Source of the DNA: the human T2T-CHM13v2.0 reference genome, Homo sapiens
Assembly: GCF_009914755.1 (NCBI RefSeq)
Contig: NC_060943.1
Direction: 5' to 3' (one strand)
DNA: 64,000 nt
A program made the position numbers and the translations under genes. Shown one piece after another: positions 60,607-64,000 of the stretch. The notes under the pieces were generated by a model. It was not told the origin of the DNA. It searched no databases and was given only the letters and a program-made list of their open reading frames with translations. Numbering within the stretch: the stretch's first letter is position 1; each line of letters begins with the position of its first letter.

Positions 60607-61606
60607 TATGTCTGTGTGTGTGTGAGAGAGAGAGAGAAGATAGGGTTTCACTGTGTTGCCCAGGCTGGTCTTCAACTCTTGGCCTCAAATGATCCTCTCA
60701 CCTTGGCCTTCCAAAGTGCTGGGATGACAGGCGTGAGCCATTGTGCCCAGCCCCTTCCAGCTTTGTTCTGTCATTTCAGTATTTCAGTATTTCAGTTTGT
60801 CAGCCTGAGCCTCAGCCTGTCTCCCCTCATAGGCACAAGGTGGCTGCCACAGTTCCAGGCATCACATACAAAGAGGACAACACTAACAAGAGGAAAATAT
60901 GCTCCCTTTACCTTTCTTCAGAGCTGAGCTCTAAACCCAACAGGTTTTATTTCACAGCCTGTGCCCTCCAACATTTTGCCATCCTGAAGAAAGGACAAGA
61001 GGCAGCACTCCAATCACCACTCCATTCTGATCACTAGTTCCAGGCCTTTCCTCGTCTTTGGGTATCTCCTTTTCTTTCCTTTCCTTTCCTTTCTTTCTTT
61101 CTTTTTTTTTTTAAGAGACAGTCTCACTCTGTCACTCAAGCTGGAGCACAGTGGTGTGATCATAGCTCACTGCAGCCTCAAACTCCTGGGTTCAAGCAAT
61201 CGACCCTCCCACCTCAGCCTCCTGAGTAGCTAGGACTACAGGTGTGTGCCATCACACTTGGCTAATTTTTTAAAGTTTTTCTGTAGAGATGGGGTCATGC
61301 AATGTTGCCCAGGCTGGTCTGAAACTCCTGGGCTCAAGCGATCCTCCTGCCTTGGCCCCCACAAAGTGCTGGGATTACAGACATGAGCCTCTGCACCTGG
61401 CCTACCTTTGGGTATTTTCATTTTCATTTTTAGTTTTGAATATAAAATATTTGAGACCCACAAAAGAATATTTGAAGTGCACATGAGTCACGCATCTTAA
61501 TGATCAATGAATATTTATAAACCCATCACTCAACTTAAATCCTAGAACATCATAATACTATTGGAGCTACCTATGTGTCCTTCCTGACTTTTTTTTTTTT
61601 CTTTGA

Positions 61607-61765
<159 letters not shown>

Positions 61766-62175
61766 TAGTAGAGGCAGAGTTTCACCATGTTGGTCAGGCT
61801 GGTTTCGAACCCCTGACCTCAGGTGATCCGCCCGCCTCGGCCTCCCAAAGTGCTGGGATTACAGGCGTGAGCCACCACACCCGGCCTCTGACTTTTTGTT
61901 TTGTGTTGTGTTATCCTTCCATTGATTTTTCCTTCTGTTTAACCACACTAGAGTGGGTCGTTTTGTTGTTGAGCCTTACAAAAATGTTATTTTATTATAT
62001 GTAGTCTTCTATAGGTTGGTGTTTGAACTCAACATTGTATTCCTGCGTCTGTTGGCATTAGATGCTAAGACAGAGCTAGGGGTGTGAAGTTTTTTGGTAG
62101 GTGATGCCTAAAGAAATACAAGGGGGAGGAAATAGAATCTGGCAGGAGGAGCCTGAGACCATGATGTTGATCTGA

Positions 62176-62373
<198 letters not shown>

Positions 62374-62711
62374 TAAGATGCATTTCTGGCAATGTTGACC
62401 AATGCCACAGGGAGCTCAGAACACAGGTCATTCATTAGAGGAGCCTCCCATTGGGTAGGCACGGCCTGATCTGAGAAGCCATGCTCAATAATCACTGATG
62501 TCTTCCCCAGGTCTTGGCTCAAAAGCTGATGCAGATCCTGAAGGCACTGCCCTGCTTGCAACAGAATGGCACGGTCTTTTTTGAAGGGATGGCTGGGCTC
62601 AGTGGCTCACACCTGTAATCCCAGCACTTTGGGAGGCTGAAAGAGGCTGATCACTTGAGGTCAGGAGTTCAAGACCAGCTTGGCCAACATGAGGAAACCC
62701 CACCTCTATTA

Positions 62712-63221
<510 letters not shown>

Positions 63222-63582
63222 TCATTTCAGTGATTCATTTGTTAGCAGCTATTTGGGTTGATTCTAATTTTTTGCTGTTACAACAAACACTGCAAAGAAT
63301 ATTCTTTTTTTTTTTGAGATAGGATCTTGCTCTGTCACCCATGCTGGAGGGCAGTAGCTTGATGATGACTTACTGCAACCTCCACCTCCCAGGGCTCAAG
63401 CAATCCTCCCACATCAGCCTCCTGAGTACCTGGGACTACAGGCATGTGCCACCCCACCCACCTAATTTTTGTATTTTTTTTTTAATAGAGACAGGGTCTT
63501 GCCATATTGCCAAGGTTTGAACTGCTGGCCTCAAATTATCCTCCCACCTTGGCCTCCCGAAGTACTGGGATTACAGGTGTGA

Positions 63583-63819
<237 letters not shown>

Positions 63820-64000
63820 TAGATTTGGAATTTCTGGCTCATGCAATCTGCATATATTCGACAAGATAGTGCCAAAATGTTTTCTATTAGATTCTTTAAC
63901 ACAGCCTTTAACCTTGTACTACATTCCTCTTTTCATTTAAGCTAGCTTGAGTGGGTTTCTATTGCTTGCAATTCTAACCTACCTAACTCATCAAAAATGA

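Noticed and set aside
60019-60927. 285-aa (ERKGK)n and (FPFLS)n ORFs
   Set aside because: Artefacts of the GGAAA repeat and flanking Alus

Overview
Primate (human-type) genomic DNA, very Alu-rich. The gene order PAK4(+), NCCRP1/FBXO50(+), SYCN(-) matches human 19q13.2 as I recall it. 1-9.6 kb holds the last seven coding exons of the kinase PAK4 (aa 69-591; the start/CRIB exon lies upstream of the window) and its 3' UTR. 27.1-32.0 kb is the complete 6-exon NCCRP1 gene (828 nt CDS, 275 aa), preceded by an 8-copy MSR1-type 36-37 bp minisatellite and a homeodomain-site cluster. 33.0-34.5 kb is the complete 2-exon syncollin gene (134 aa) with an acinar-type PTF1/GATA/TATA-like promoter. 34.7-64 kb is mostly Alu, L1, L2, MIR, MaLR-LTR and MER5 debris plus long purine/pyrimidine microsatellites. 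I see no new biological system with strong support. The best leads are: (i) decayed exon-like segments at 39.9-42.6 kb that may be an unrecognised pseudogene; (ii) a two-fold beta/gamma-crystallin-like repeat in syncollin; (iii) an Alu-tail (AAAGG)37 tract with RFC1-like architecture; (iv) the MSR1 array at the NCCRP1 promoter. Repeat family names are from recognition of consensus-like motifs, not from a search, and their boundaries are approximate.
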